NCBI GenBank assembly: GCA_042090785.1
Contig: JBELIP010000006.1
Span: forward strand, 31,693-95,692
DNA from: Cellvibrionales bacterium
GTDB lineage: Bacteria > Pseudomonadota > Gammaproteobacteria > Pseudomonadales > UBA7434
DNA length: 64,000 bases
Direction: 5' to 3'
Each line of letters begins with the position of its first letter. The first letter of the stretch is position 1. Below the pieces are notes generated by a model. It made no database searches. It saw nothing but the letters and a program-made list of their open reading frames with translations, and had not been told where the DNA came from. This document shows positions 18,050 through 27,330 of the stretch, piece after piece. The translations under genes and the position numbers were made by a program.

Positions 18050-18296
18050 ATTACTACATTTAATTATTTTTAAACCGTAGCTCTCTCTTATGAACTGAAT
18101 AGAAGCGCCCTTTAAAGTGATTTTAATATTTTTGTAGCATGGAAATAGCCCAACCCATGAAAACAGGATAAGAATATTGATGGTTTACTGAAAAATCATG
18201 CGATTTCAAGCTATTACAATAGCAATTGTGTATCGGTGTAATTGATATTTCAATGCTATACTCAGCATTTAATAATAATGTTTGTAAGGTGTTTTC

Positions 18297-18833
18297 GTGG
18301 ATTTTCAGACTTTTCGCTTTATTACTATTGCTGCTCTACTCTATGGAGCCTTTCACTTCGCATATCATAAAATCCCAGACGAAGTGCTAAGCACCAAAGT
18401 CTATCCTAATGTTATTGGGCACTTTGCGGCCAGTACCATTAACACGCTTACACCTGAGCGAAATGTCATTATTAAAGACCATTCTATTATTTCTAAAACC
18501 GCAAAACTCAATATTGTGCGCGGCTGTGATGGTTCAGGCGTGTGGTTCATGCTGTCAGCGGCTATTTTGGGCTTTGGTGCGAGCTTTCGTCATACGCTAA
18601 TTGGCTTTGTACTCGGCACACTGACTGTTTACCTGATTAATCAGGTACGCATTGTCGGCTTATATTATGTTATTGAATATAACCGTGCATGGTTTCCACC
18701 CATACATACTTATTATGCACCCACGTTAATTATCTTTTTAATTGCTGGTTTTTTTCTTCTCTGGACTCGCTGGTCATCAGCGGGTGAGCTCACAACTGAA
18801 AATGTAACCGCTGATTCTGAAAAGGTTGAATAA
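18297..18833 (+). CDS. Small exosortase/archaeosortase-family membrane protein (XrtH-like)
   Basis: 178-aa polytopic ORF with a GTG start after AAGGTG. The exosortase-type triad appears in order: Cys77 in IVRGCDGSG, Arg118 in INQVRIVG, His137 in PPIHTYY. Size fits the mini exosortase H class. The assignment is motif-level only. Confidence 0.5.
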   Translation: MDFQTFRFITIAALLYGAFHFAYHKIPDEVLSTKVYPNVIGHFAASTINTLTPERNVIIKDHSIISKTAKLNIVRGCDGSGVWFMLSAAILGFGASFRHTLIGFVLGTLTVYLINQVRIVGLYYVIEYNRAWFPPIHTYYAPTLIIFLIAGFFLLWTRWSSAGELTTENVTADSEKVE

Positions 18834-18835
18834 CT

Positions 18836-19426
18836 ATGACCAATAAAGCAATAAGCTTATTAGCCGCAAAAGGTCTTGCTATCTGGTTAGCACTCTCATT
18901 ACTCGGTTTTTTTGCTGGTGATAAATTAATTAACTCACTACTGCCTTTTTATGAGACCGTCACCGAAGCCTTATCAGAGGGCTACGCATCAACAATTAAA
19001 ATTGAAGAAGACAATATTGTATTTTATGCCACGGCATTAAAAGCCCAGCCCATTACACCGTCTCGATCTCTACCGGCTGGCTCAACCATTCAATCAAGCA
19101 TTAGCGTACTTCATGCGCTGGTACCCATTGTTATTTTGTTTACTGTTATTTTAACTTGGCCGACAAACTGCGTTAAGCAACGCTTATATTTACTCGTCAC
19201 GCTCATACCTGCACTATTTTTTATCTCTACCGCAACGGTACCTATACAATTGTTAGGTCAGCTCGAGATTGGCTTTCAAAATGCGGCTGTTAAAGCAGGC
19301 TTAACCAGAGAAGAGCCGTTTGTACTTACGTGGATGTTACTCACTGAAGGTGGGGGAAGATGGTTGATACCCGCCCTAACGGGTTTAGCGTGTTGCGGAC
19401 TAGTGATGAAATTAACTAAATCCTAA
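18836..19426 (+). CDS. Membrane protein coupled to the exosortase-like gene (possible exosortase H-associated membrane protein)
   Basis: 196-aa ORF starting 2 nt after the upstream stop. Several TM helices. No catalytic motif recognised. Confidence 0.45.
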   Translation: MTNKAISLLAAKGLAIWLALSLLGFFAGDKLINSLLPFYETVTEALSEGYASTIKIEEDNIVFYATALKAQPITPSRSLPAGSTIQSSISVLHALVPIVILFTVILTWPTNCVKQRLYLLVTLIPALFFISTATVPIQLLGQLEIGFQNAAVKAGLTREEPFVLTWMLLTEGGGRWLIPALTGLACCGLVMKLTKS

Positions 19427-19437
19427 TGTCCATCTAT

Positions 19438-19839
19438 TTATTCTGACTTTTTATTAGGGTCCATATCATCAATACTGCGACGATTTTCAACTTTAATATC
19501 GCCACTAACGACCTGCCAAAAGTTACCTATCTGTTTAGCTAAATCTAAGCCCATTGATCGTTTAGCACTGCGTCCCTCAGCAGGAAAGAATTCTTTAATA
19601 TCTATATCAAGTATTTTTTCGTATTTTTTTATGGTGCGCTTACTATGGACTAACAGCAGTACTTTCCAGCCAAAATGATAGCCGATCATTAACATACCAA
19701 CGGCTTTTTCAAGTTCCTCAAGCGAGCCGGAGAAGCTAGCCACCACGGTGCCAACTTTATCAAAAGTAGCAATTTTTTCTTCGTCTGATAACTGGGCGAG
19801 TGCAGCTAAATTCCGTTCCATGCGACTGGAATCACTCAT
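19438..19839 (-). CDS. Hypothetical protein
   Basis: 133-aa ORF with no recognisable family. Convergent with the exosortase pair, 11-nt gap. Confidence 0.45.
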   Translation of the reverse strand: MSDSSRMERNLAALAQLSDEEKIATFDKVGTVVASFSGSLEELEKAVGMLMIGYHFGWKVLLLVHSKRTIKKYEKILDIDIKEFFPAEGRSAKRSMGLDLAKQIGNFWQVVSGDIKVENRRSIDDMDPNKKSE

Positions 19840-20161
19840 ACGGCACCTGCTCTAGCTACGGCTGTCGGTGTCGATGTCGATGTCATGGCGTTTATCATTA
19901 TCATATCAACTAACAAAAAAGCGGTTATTTTTTAATCACCCCATTGGGTATTAATGGCTATTATTCATCTAACACTCTTAGTATAGCTAGGTAATGAAGC
20001 ATTGTGTTTGATCTTATGACCTCATTGAGAAAACAGCTCTTAAGCAGAGCCATAAAGAAGTGGCCGGTTCAGCAATAATCACTAAATCGACAAACGAACT
20101 GCCTAAAAAATCTGCTATTCTTGCCACCGTTTTTTAACCGCAGACTATTGAGGAGTCCACG

Positions 20162-20389
20162 ATGGATCCAATTACCGCAATCTTAATTTTTTCTGGTGGA
20201 ATTTTATTAGCCGCAAGCTGGATTCAACTAATTATTACCGCTTCTGCTGAAGATTTTACCTGGGGACTTTGCTCATTATTTCTACCGCCCCTCGCCTATT
20301 TTTATGCCTTATGGGAATGGGATAAAGCGGGCGATGCCATTAAAATGGCAGTTGGTGGTCTTGTTCTTATTGGTCTAGGTATTAGTTGA
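20162..20389 (+). CDS. Small membrane protein (2-3 TM)
   Basis: 75-aa hydrophobic ORF with a strong SD (GAGGAG) 6 nt upstream of the ATG. Confidence 0.5.
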   Translation: MDPITAILIFSGGILLAASWIQLIITASAEDFTWGLCSLFLPPLAYFYALWEWDKAGDAIKMAVGGLVLIGLGIS

Positions 20390-20418
20390 GTGAGTGCTAA
20401 TTAAGCACAGTCGTTGAA

Positions 20419-20688
20419 ATGATAAACTCTCATTTAAATGCAACTTGCTGTGGTGCGCAGACCTCTAGTTTAGATCATGCGCGCCAAATACATCAGGTAC
20501 AAAACGCCAAAAAACAATCCGCCTTGTTTGAACGTTCATCTTTTGCGACATCACTCAGTGATATGCGCAAAAAGACTGCAGAGATAAACTCCACTCCCTC
20601 CGCCCCTGCATTGTCAGCATTACTGCGTGAAGAGACAAGCCAACTCGTTAGTACAAAACCACTACCTAAACGCCGACAACGTCGCTAG
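20419..20688 (+). CDS. Questionable hypothetical ORF
   Basis: 89-aa ORF with low-complexity S/T/A/Q composition and a basic C-terminus (KRRQRR). No convincing SD. Confidence 0.2.
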   Translation: MINSHLNATCCGAQTSSLDHARQIHQVQNAKKQSALFERSSFATSLSDMRKKTAEINSTPSAPALSALLREETSQLVSTKPLPKRRQRR

Positions 20689-20726
20689 CAAATGATTTAA
20701 CGCAACCATAAACTGCGCGAGTATCA

Positions 20727-21830
20727 CTATGAATAAAGATAGTGCTGTTTCAGTATTGCAAAGTCGTTATCGGTAAGCGCCATTTGCGTACGAAGGTAAT
20801 TGTCTATGCCACCATACTGCGAATCCATTGTGTCTATCGCCGCTTGTAAGTAACTTCGCTTCACTTTTAAAATTAAAGCTAAGGCCTTTCGATTAATCGG
20901 CTTTATCGGCTCACCATTATGCAGCGCGCTAGCAGCTCTATCATGACTAACGGCCCAGCGATCAACCTCCTTAGTAATATCAAGGTATTCATTGGTTCTA
21001 AGGTAATCCGACATAATCGCTTCCAACTCAACACCAAGCGCAGCTAACACCAATAAGCCAGCAAAACCCGTTCTATCCTTGCCGGCAGAGCAATGAATAA
21101 TAGAACTACTTTCAGCCTGTTGAATTAACATGTTAAACATTTGCCTATAACTAGACTGATGGCTGTTGACCAAATCACGGTTAATCTCTTGCATAAAAAC
21201 ATCAATCGTTTTTTCATCAATATGTTCATCATTAATTGCAGAAAAAAGATTAGCGGCACTGCCTGGCGCAACAGCAATAGCGGTAGGTATTAAATGAGAA
21301 GGTAACTGGCTAGGCTGTCGATTAACCTCTTCATCACTACGAAAATCACAAATCGTCTGAATATTTAATTGCAATAAAGCCTGCTTATCCGCTTCAGACA
21401 TTTCAGCCATATGGCCAGTGCGAAAAAGCTTACCCCAAACAACCTGCTTGCCCTGTTTTGTTAACTGCCCACCATAGTCTCTAAAATTAGAAGTAACAGA
21501 CATAGGCAGTGGGCGTGGCGCAATTCTCAAGACCTGATCAACAGCATTATGATCGACAAAAGCAAAAACCGGATGCGCATAAACATCAACATAAATACCA
21601 GAAGCAGCTTGCAACATGGAAAAACTTAAATCGATAGACTGTGTATCTAACGCAGAAGATACTGAGAGCTTTAACGGCTCAATTAATTTTTTCCCTGCAA
21701 GCTGTTCGCACCATATCGAGTATTGATTAATGTCGACTAACTTGCATTGCCACTGAATTTTCCAACCGTCAACAGTTGGAATAACTGACAATCCTATTTC
21801 ATTTAATACCGATTGATTGAGGTCTACCAT
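20727..21830 (-). CDS. Tyrosine-protein phosphatase (Tyr_Pase_3-like) with an N-terminal domain of about 110 aa of unknown function
   Basis: P-loop IHCSAGKDRTG (CX5R) in the C-terminal two thirds. The N-terminal 110 residues have no recognisable motif. Confidence 0.8.
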   Translation of the reverse strand: MVDLNQSVLNEIGLSVIPTVDGWKIQWQCKLVDINQYSIWCEQLAGKKLIEPLKLSVSSALDTQSIDLSFSMLQAASGIYVDVYAHPVFAFVDHNAVDQVLRIAPRPLPMSVTSNFRDYGGQLTKQGKQVVWGKLFRTGHMAEMSEADKQALLQLNIQTICDFRSDEEVNRQPSQLPSHLIPTAIAVAPGSAANLFSAINDEHIDEKTIDVFMQEINRDLVNSHQSSYRQMFNMLIQQAESSSIIHCSAGKDRTGFAGLLVLAALGVELEAIMSDYLRTNEYLDITKEVDRWAVSHDRAASALHNGEPIKPINRKALALILKVKRSYLQAAIDTMDSQYGGIDNYLRTQMALTDNDFAILKQHYLYS

Positions 21831-21930
21831 ATAAAAAATCCATAAGGCGTCTTATTTTCATAAACAAAACTTTATTAACCTAAGCTAGAAGAATATACGA
21901 CGCAAGTGATGCGACGGTTTAAAAGAACAA

Positions 21931-21968
21931 GCAAAAAAAAACGCGCCGGACAACAAGATCGGCGCGCT
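21931..21968 (-). terminator. Rho-independent terminator for the msbA/kinase-fusion operon
   Basis: Stem CGCGCCG (21942-21948) / CGGCGCG (21960-21966). An A9 run on the plus strand gives a U-run after the hairpin on the minus strand. Confidence 0.7.
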
Positions 21969-22219
21969 TATACTGTTATAACAAATCTAACTTTTCAAAC
22001 ACCAGAACACCCTAAATCATGCGTCTTCCTAACGATTAAATCCTTGTTTGAAGATCACTCTGGCAGTGATACTTTTACTCTAGCTCAAATACATCGCTGC
22101 GCAAGAAAGTAATAGAAATAAATGTAAACTAATTTCTAAACGCTCATAAAATGCCGAATAAGTGGGCAGATCGATTAAAAAAACTTCTGTTAGATTAAGA
22201 ATATCGAAGCACTAGCAGA

Positions 22220-24388
22220 TTATTTATCATCAACCAGATAGACAACATTGCCAGAAATACAGAGGCTCAAATCCTCATTTTGCGGTACTGGGTTCCCGCG
22301 CATATCAATAATAGTCTGCCCCGGCTCTATATCAACAATGATATCGTCGCCGCTTGTCCAAAGCGCTTGAACGTTAGCTTGATCAGTTTCGACAGCTAAT
22401 CGAAACAACTTATTTTTTTCTGAAAAATGGCGAGTAATACCGCCCGCAAAAATGTTAATAAGAAATTTATAACAATAATAAGCGTCACGTTTTAAAAGCT
22501 CACCACCAAGGTTATTAACCAAACCATAACCGGGTGCAACTAATTGATGCCAATAACATTTTGTGACCCGACCTGTAGCAAGCATCATTAAGTAATAACG
22601 TACAAGATAAGCCGCCTGCAAGGACTCACTTACCATACATTCACCTTGAGCCGGCGCCCAAAAATCCATCTCTTCAATGGGCCAATTTACTTCTGTAATA
22701 TATAAATCATTATTACTTTTGGGGCTTGCTCGCATAATCAAACTATAAAAGTTTATTTTCGAAATAGTATCAAACCCAAACTGCTTGTTTTCTGGAGCAC
22801 CACGTCTATCAACATAAAGCTGGGTAGCAACACCATTATAAAATATTGACCTGCAATGAAAGAGCGAGCGAATATAATAAGGCAGCTCAAAATCAATGAT
22901 ATTTCCGCCCAATAAATTTATTGAATTAAACTCTGCCTGCTTAAGATCTTGCGCCACTTTAAAAAACTTAAAGTATTCATCCTGAGAAACAAAACCCCAT
23001 TTTCTTCTGTTTACTGAGTTTCCAATTTGAAAGCTATCAACCTTTTCGTGCAGACGAAGAAATATTTCTCGCATACGCTTTTTCGCGAGCGAAAAATCAT
23101 TAACATGTTGTCGGTCTTGTAAAATATTGACCAGCACGCTCTTTTCAGAAAATTTGTCTATAAGACTAAAGTAGCTTTCGATATTATCAAAATCGCTTAG
23201 CGGAATTCGGATCAATATATCTTTAACGCCCAGCTCATCTACCATTGCCACTAATTGCTCATTACTCGGCGAGGTCTTAGCAGGAACAGGACTATCAACA
23301 TTAACACACAAACCAATAGCATTTATTTTTTTGCCCATTAATGTTCTTTTATTAAAGGCGAAGAAAAAAGCAAACACGGGCAGCAATAAAGAAGTTAAGG
23401 CCACTTTAAAATTGGAATATAGAGACAAGAAATATAGCTTTCGCTTAAATTTCACGTCTCGAATTTTATAGGGCTGATCAGAAAAATCACTCCATAAATA
23501 AGATGAAGCAGGAATGGTTTTAGGTGGCTTGAAAAACTGTTTTATTTTACGCTTTCTATCACGATGAATGCGCGCATAGGCAACTGCATTGAGTAACTCA
23601 TCCTGACACACTTTAACTGACGCACTTGCATTTTTTGCATATTCATTGGCAAACAAAGCTATATCTTCTAGCTTCGAACTTATCCTCGAAAAATTGCGGA
23701 TTCCTGCCCGTGTTGACACAGACCCAAAACGCATACGATTAATATCGACAAGATTAAACCGGTATTTTCCATCAATTTTTTTAATGCAGACATTACCAGT
23801 ACTATAATCAAGGTGTAGAATTTTTTTGCTGTGCAAGTAATGAGTAAAAGCAACAAACTCTTTTAGCAATGCAGGCTTATTATCGACCTTATCATCAAGC
23901 ACATCTCGAATTAGGTAATCGTAATTTAAATGGCTAGAAATAAAATAACTTTGTCGTAGGCGGCAGCCTTGATAAACCTCAAGATAACCTAAAGGCTGCG
24001 GCGTATTAATCGATAAACTTTCAAGTAGAAATGAATATTCATACGAACGCCTTGCCTTACTTCTTCTAAAGTAATTATAAATAAACCCTTGTATTTTACC
24101 GGGAATCTTAAACGACTTTACTACCGTGCTAACATCGCCAAAGCATACTTTTTTAAGCGTATTACGATTACTTTGAATAAGAGATTCGCTAGCATCAAAG
24201 ATTTTTTCGAACTCAGAAAGGCTTAAATTAATATCGAAGTGTTTAGCTGACAAAACAACTTTAATGGTTTGGCCATTTTCTTTTACTATTTTTATTACAT
24301 CACGGCCGATACTATTTTTTTTTGCAGACGCAGCGCCCGATAAAAAGTTCTCTCGAATATTAATAAAAAAAGATTTCTTTTTTAGCAT
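22220..24388 (-). CDS. Fusion protein: LPS kinase (Kdo/WaaP family) domain + hydrophobic segment + C-terminal (beta/alpha)8 glycosidase-like (clan GH-A-like) domain
   Basis: N-terminal third: VVKSF, RRSKARRSYEYSFLLESLSINTPQPLGYLE, ILHLDYSTGNV, LVDINRMRF, matching the Kdo/WaaP kinase family pattern. Hydrophobic LYFLSLYSNFKVALTSLLLPVFAFFFAF at about aa 325-352 of the 729-aa frame. C-terminal: FQIGNSVNRRKWG and LYITEVNWP about 108 aa apart. The start is either ATG 24388 or TTG 24409, directly after the msbA stop. Confidence 0.65.
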   Translation of the reverse strand: MLKKKSFFINIRENFLSGAASAKKNSIGRDVIKIVKENGQTIKVVLSAKHFDINLSLSEFEKIFDASESLIQSNRNTLKKVCFGDVSTVVKSFKIPGKIQGFIYNYFRRSKARRSYEYSFLLESLSINTPQPLGYLEVYQGCRLRQSYFISSHLNYDYLIRDVLDDKVDNKPALLKEFVAFTHYLHSKKILHLDYSTGNVCIKKIDGKYRFNLVDINRMRFGSVSTRAGIRNFSRISSKLEDIALFANEYAKNASASVKVCQDELLNAVAYARIHRDRKRKIKQFFKPPKTIPASSYLWSDFSDQPYKIRDVKFKRKLYFLSLYSNFKVALTSLLLPVFAFFFAFNKRTLMGKKINAIGLCVNVDSPVPAKTSPSNEQLVAMVDELGVKDILIRIPLSDFDNIESYFSLIDKFSEKSVLVNILQDRQHVNDFSLAKKRMREIFLRLHEKVDSFQIGNSVNRRKWGFVSQDEYFKFFKVAQDLKQAEFNSINLLGGNIIDFELPYYIRSLFHCRSIFYNGVATQLYVDRRGAPENKQFGFDTISKINFYSLIMRASPKSNNDLYITEVNWPIEEMDFWAPAQGECMVSESLQAAYLVRYYLMMLATGRVTKCYWHQLVAPGYGLVNNLGGELLKRDAYYCYKFLINIFAGGITRHFSEKNKLFRLAVETDQANVQALWTSGDDIIVDIEPGQTIIDMRGNPVPQNEDLSLCISGNVVYLVDDK

Positions 24389-24409
24389 ATGGAAAAAATT
24401 ACCACTCAA

Positions 24410-26122
24410 TTAACTAAAAGACGCCTGATGTAACCGACTAAATCGACCACCCTTGTCCAGTAATTCTTTATAAGCGCCTTCCTCCACGAGCTTACCTTTT
24501 TCCATGACTATAATACGATCTGCACGTTCTACCGTAGACAATCTATGCGCAATAACAATCGTTGTCCTGTCTTTCATTACCTTGGATAAAGCATCCTTGA
24601 CCATTGCCTCGGATTCATTGTCTAGCGCTGACGTTGCCTCATCTAAGATCAAAATTGCTGCATCTTTTAAAAACGCTCTTGCAATTGCGAGACGCTGCCG
24701 TTGACCACCAGAAAGCTTAATACCGTTTTCGCCAACATTGGTATCCAGTCCATCGGGAAGCTGTCTAATAAAGCTAGAAGCATAGGCACTATCTAACGCT
24801 TTCCAAATTTCATCATCCGAATAATTTAAATCACCGTAGGCAATGTTGTTTCTTATAGTGTCATCAAAAAGCGCAATATTCTGATCCACTTTAGCAATAT
24901 GCTTACGCAAGTTTTTTAATTTATATTTTTCTAACGGTGTGCCATCTAAAGTAATTTGACCACTTTCAATATCATAGGCGCGATAAATTAATGAAACCAA
25001 AGTGGACTTTCCGCTTCCGGACTCACCCACTAGAGCAATTGTTTCGCCATCTGTAATATTAAATGATAATCCTTTAAGCGCATGGGCCTCTGAATCCGGA
25101 TATAAAAAAGATACATTTTGAAAACTTAACTGACCCTTAACGGCTTGTGCCTCATAATCACCAGCATCTCTTTCGGTTTCGGTATCTAACAAATCAAATA
25201 CTAACTCTGCACCCACTAGGCCGCGTTGAATAATAACGTTTAGGCCACTCAATTGACGGATAGGCTTAGGCAACAAAGCAATCGCTGTTAAATAACCAAT
25301 AAGATCACCGGTAGTATTAGTAGCTAATGTCCCAGGCTGCAACAACATAAACACAACCAGCGCGACAGCCACAGCAATCACCAGCTGTGATACGGGTGTC
25401 ACAATCGATTCTATTTTCCTTACTTTCATCTGCATTTTAAAAGCTTGATTTAACGCCGTTTCATAACGCTTAATTTCATAGCTTTCTGCACCAAAACCAC
25501 GAACAATACTGTAATTAGAAATCAACTCTTTAGATACCTGCATGGCTCGCCCTAAAGCCCCTTCACTTCGTCTTGAGATATCTCGAAAGCGTCTTGCTGA
25601 GTAGCTCACCATCAAAAACAATAATGGCGCGACAAATAAAAATATAAGCGATAGCTGCCAATTCAAATAAAACACATAACTCAGCAAGGCAATAACCGTT
25701 AATCCCTCGCTAATAAACTTTTTTAAAGCCGTAGTTATGGTTTCTCGTACCTGCTCAACACCCGAATTTAAACGATGTAAAAGCTGACCCTGACTATTTT
25801 TGCCATAAAATTTCGCCGGCAGTAATGTGAGGTGCTGAAAAACCTCATTTTTGAGATTGCGAATTAAAGTCGCACCGACAAAAGCATTAAAGTAATTTCC
25901 TAAAAACCAGCCAATTCCTCGCACCAAAAAAATACCCACTGCATATAAGGGCAATGTCCATCGAGCATCGGCATTATTAACTTCAATTGCCTCAATAATC
26001 AGCTCCATAAGTTTTGCCAGCATTGGCTGGGAGGCAGCAAAAATAGCAAAACCAATAATACTTAACGCAAAATGAAACTGTAGCGGTTTAAGATAGGTTA
26101 ATAATCTAAGGTAGGTATTCAT
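24410..26122 (-). CDS. msbA: Lipid A/LPS flippase-type ABC exporter (MsbA-like, fused TMD-NBD)
   Basis: 570-aa ORF with a six-TM exporter domain. Walker A GESGSGKST, signature LSGGQRQR, Walker B ILILDEATSALD. N-terminus is typical of MsbA. Confidence 0.75.
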   Translation of the reverse strand: MNTYLRLLTYLKPLQFHFALSIIGFAIFAASQPMLAKLMELIIEAIEVNNADARWTLPLYAVGIFLVRGIGWFLGNYFNAFVGATLIRNLKNEVFQHLTLLPAKFYGKNSQGQLLHRLNSGVEQVRETITTALKKFISEGLTVIALLSYVFYLNWQLSLIFLFVAPLLFLMVSYSARRFRDISRRSEGALGRAMQVSKELISNYSIVRGFGAESYEIKRYETALNQAFKMQMKVRKIESIVTPVSQLVIAVAVALVVFMLLQPGTLATNTTGDLIGYLTAIALLPKPIRQLSGLNVIIQRGLVGAELVFDLLDTETERDAGDYEAQAVKGQLSFQNVSFLYPDSEAHALKGLSFNITDGETIALVGESGSGKSTLVSLIYRAYDIESGQITLDGTPLEKYKLKNLRKHIAKVDQNIALFDDTIRNNIAYGDLNYSDDEIWKALDSAYASSFIRQLPDGLDTNVGENGIKLSGGQRQRLAIARAFLKDAAILILDEATSALDNESEAMVKDALSKVMKDRTTIVIAHRLSTVERADRIIVMEKGKLVEEGAYKELLDKGGRFSRLHQASFS

Positions 26123-26457
26123 AACGAACAGTCACAATAATGAATTGGCAAAAAAAAACCAGAGGCCTTAACTTAAAATCATCACAACTAACGCTGCTAA
26201 TAGTGATGCTCTGATAAGCGAAACTTTATCTTTTTTAGATTTTTAAACAGAAGAAAATCGTTTATCTAGAGGTAATTTCATCTGAAATAAATCTTTAATA
26301 TCAATTGAGTCTAACGTAATACGATACCGTATACCACGCTGAAACCACTGCCATAAGAACGTTCGGGGCTTTCTAGCGCCCTATTCATTACATTGTGACA
26401 TTGTTGTTTGTTTATATTTTGATTATGTCGAATATTTGCCTTTTCAGTGACTAATCG

Positions 26458-26488
26458 ACACAAAAAAGCCCTAACATGTAGGGCTTTT
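26458..26488 (-). terminator. Rho-independent terminator downstream of ssb
   Basis: Stem AGCCCTA (26467-26473) / TAGGGCT (26479-26485) with a U-run on the minus strand (plus-strand A6 at 26462-26467). Confidence 0.7.
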
Positions 26489-26519
26489 AAACAAGCTAAC
26501 TGTATTTTGAGCACAGAGC

Positions 26520-26999
26520 CTAGAACGGAATATCATCATCCCAGTCATCACCACCCGCCGGAGCAACCGCTGCTTGTGGCTGCTGAGGTGCTTGCTGCTG
26601 CTGACGAGGGGCCTGCTGCTGGAATTGCTGGCCTCCACCTGGCTGACCTTCACCCATGCCTCGGCTATCAAGCATCTGTAACTCGCGAGCAAAAATATCG
26701 GTTGAGTAACGGTCTTGGCCGGTCTGCTTATCTTGATACTTGCGCGTTCGCAGCGACCCCTCAATATAAACCTTCGACCCTTTGTTTAAATATTGAGCAG
26801 CAATTTCAGCCAAACGACCATTAAATACCACACGGTGCCACTCGGTTCGCTCTTTTTGCTCACCCGTTTGCTTATCTTTCCAGCCTTCAGAGGTTGCCAC
26901 GCTAATATTGGTTAAAGAGCCGCCATCAGGGAATGTGCGAGTCTCAGGGTCTTGCCCCAAATTACCTACCAATATCACTTTGTTAATGCCACGCGCCAT
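26520..26999 (-). CDS. ssb: Single-stranded DNA-binding protein
   Basis: [21 protein letters not shown]-fold N-terminus, Gly/Gln/Pro-rich linker and the canonical acidic tip DDDIPF. Confidence 0.97.
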   Translation of the reverse strand: MARGINKVILVGNLGQDPETRTFPDGGSLTNISVATSEGWKDKQTGEQKERTEWHRVVFNGRLAEIAAQYLNKGSKVYIEGSLRTRKYQDKQTGQDRYSTDIFARELQMLDSRGMGEGQPGGGQQFQQQAPRQQQQAPQQPQAAVAPAGGDDWDDDIPF

Positions 27000-27330
27000 A
27001 GTCTCTCTCCGCTTTTACGGTTTAATTAATTTGAGCCACAATATATACGATTCACGGGCTCAGCTCCACAACCTTAACGCGCTATTCACAGTCTATTTTC
27101 AATCACAATGAACTCATCAGCTTTCTAGGAATAATTCGATCTAAAACCATGCATAGCTTTGCTATCAACCGCCCCGATCTTTATACTTTCCTGTTCTGCG
27201 CTGCAAAATTCGGTGCGCTCTTTGAATGGCTGAAATGTCAATGGATATGAGCCGTAATCAAGCGTAGGGCGTATATAGACTACTGATTCGCAGTGTATTC
27301 CAACCCTTGAACTCAAGCAGTGAAAAAAGC

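Noticed and set aside
20162-20389. 75-aa membrane protein as a possible exosortase H substrate (contains ...EDFTWG followed by a hydrophobic stretch)
   Set aside because: Only the WG matches the IPTLxxWG motif. The motif is internal rather than C-terminal, and no basic cluster follows the helix.
21906-22112. 68-aa ORF in the spacer downstream of the kinase-fusion gene
   Set aside because: It spans the strong minus-strand terminator hairpin at 21942-21966. Its basic low-complexity N-terminus derives from the A-run. No SD.
26447-26824. 125-aa and 97-aa ORFs overlapping the ssb 3' half
   Set aside because: They are alternative frames of the Gly/Gln/Pro-rich SSB linker, a low-complexity artefact.
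27000-27330. Search for a LexA (SOS) box in the divergent ssb-uvrA control region
   Set aside because: I checked every CTG in the spacer for CTG-N10-CAG. The nearest candidates are CTGTTCTGCGCTGCAA (about 27201) and the short palindrome TACTGattcgCAGTG (about 27281), and neither fits the gammaproteobacterial consensus. Absence is consistent with lineages where uvrA is outside the LexA regulon, so I do not report it as a finding.
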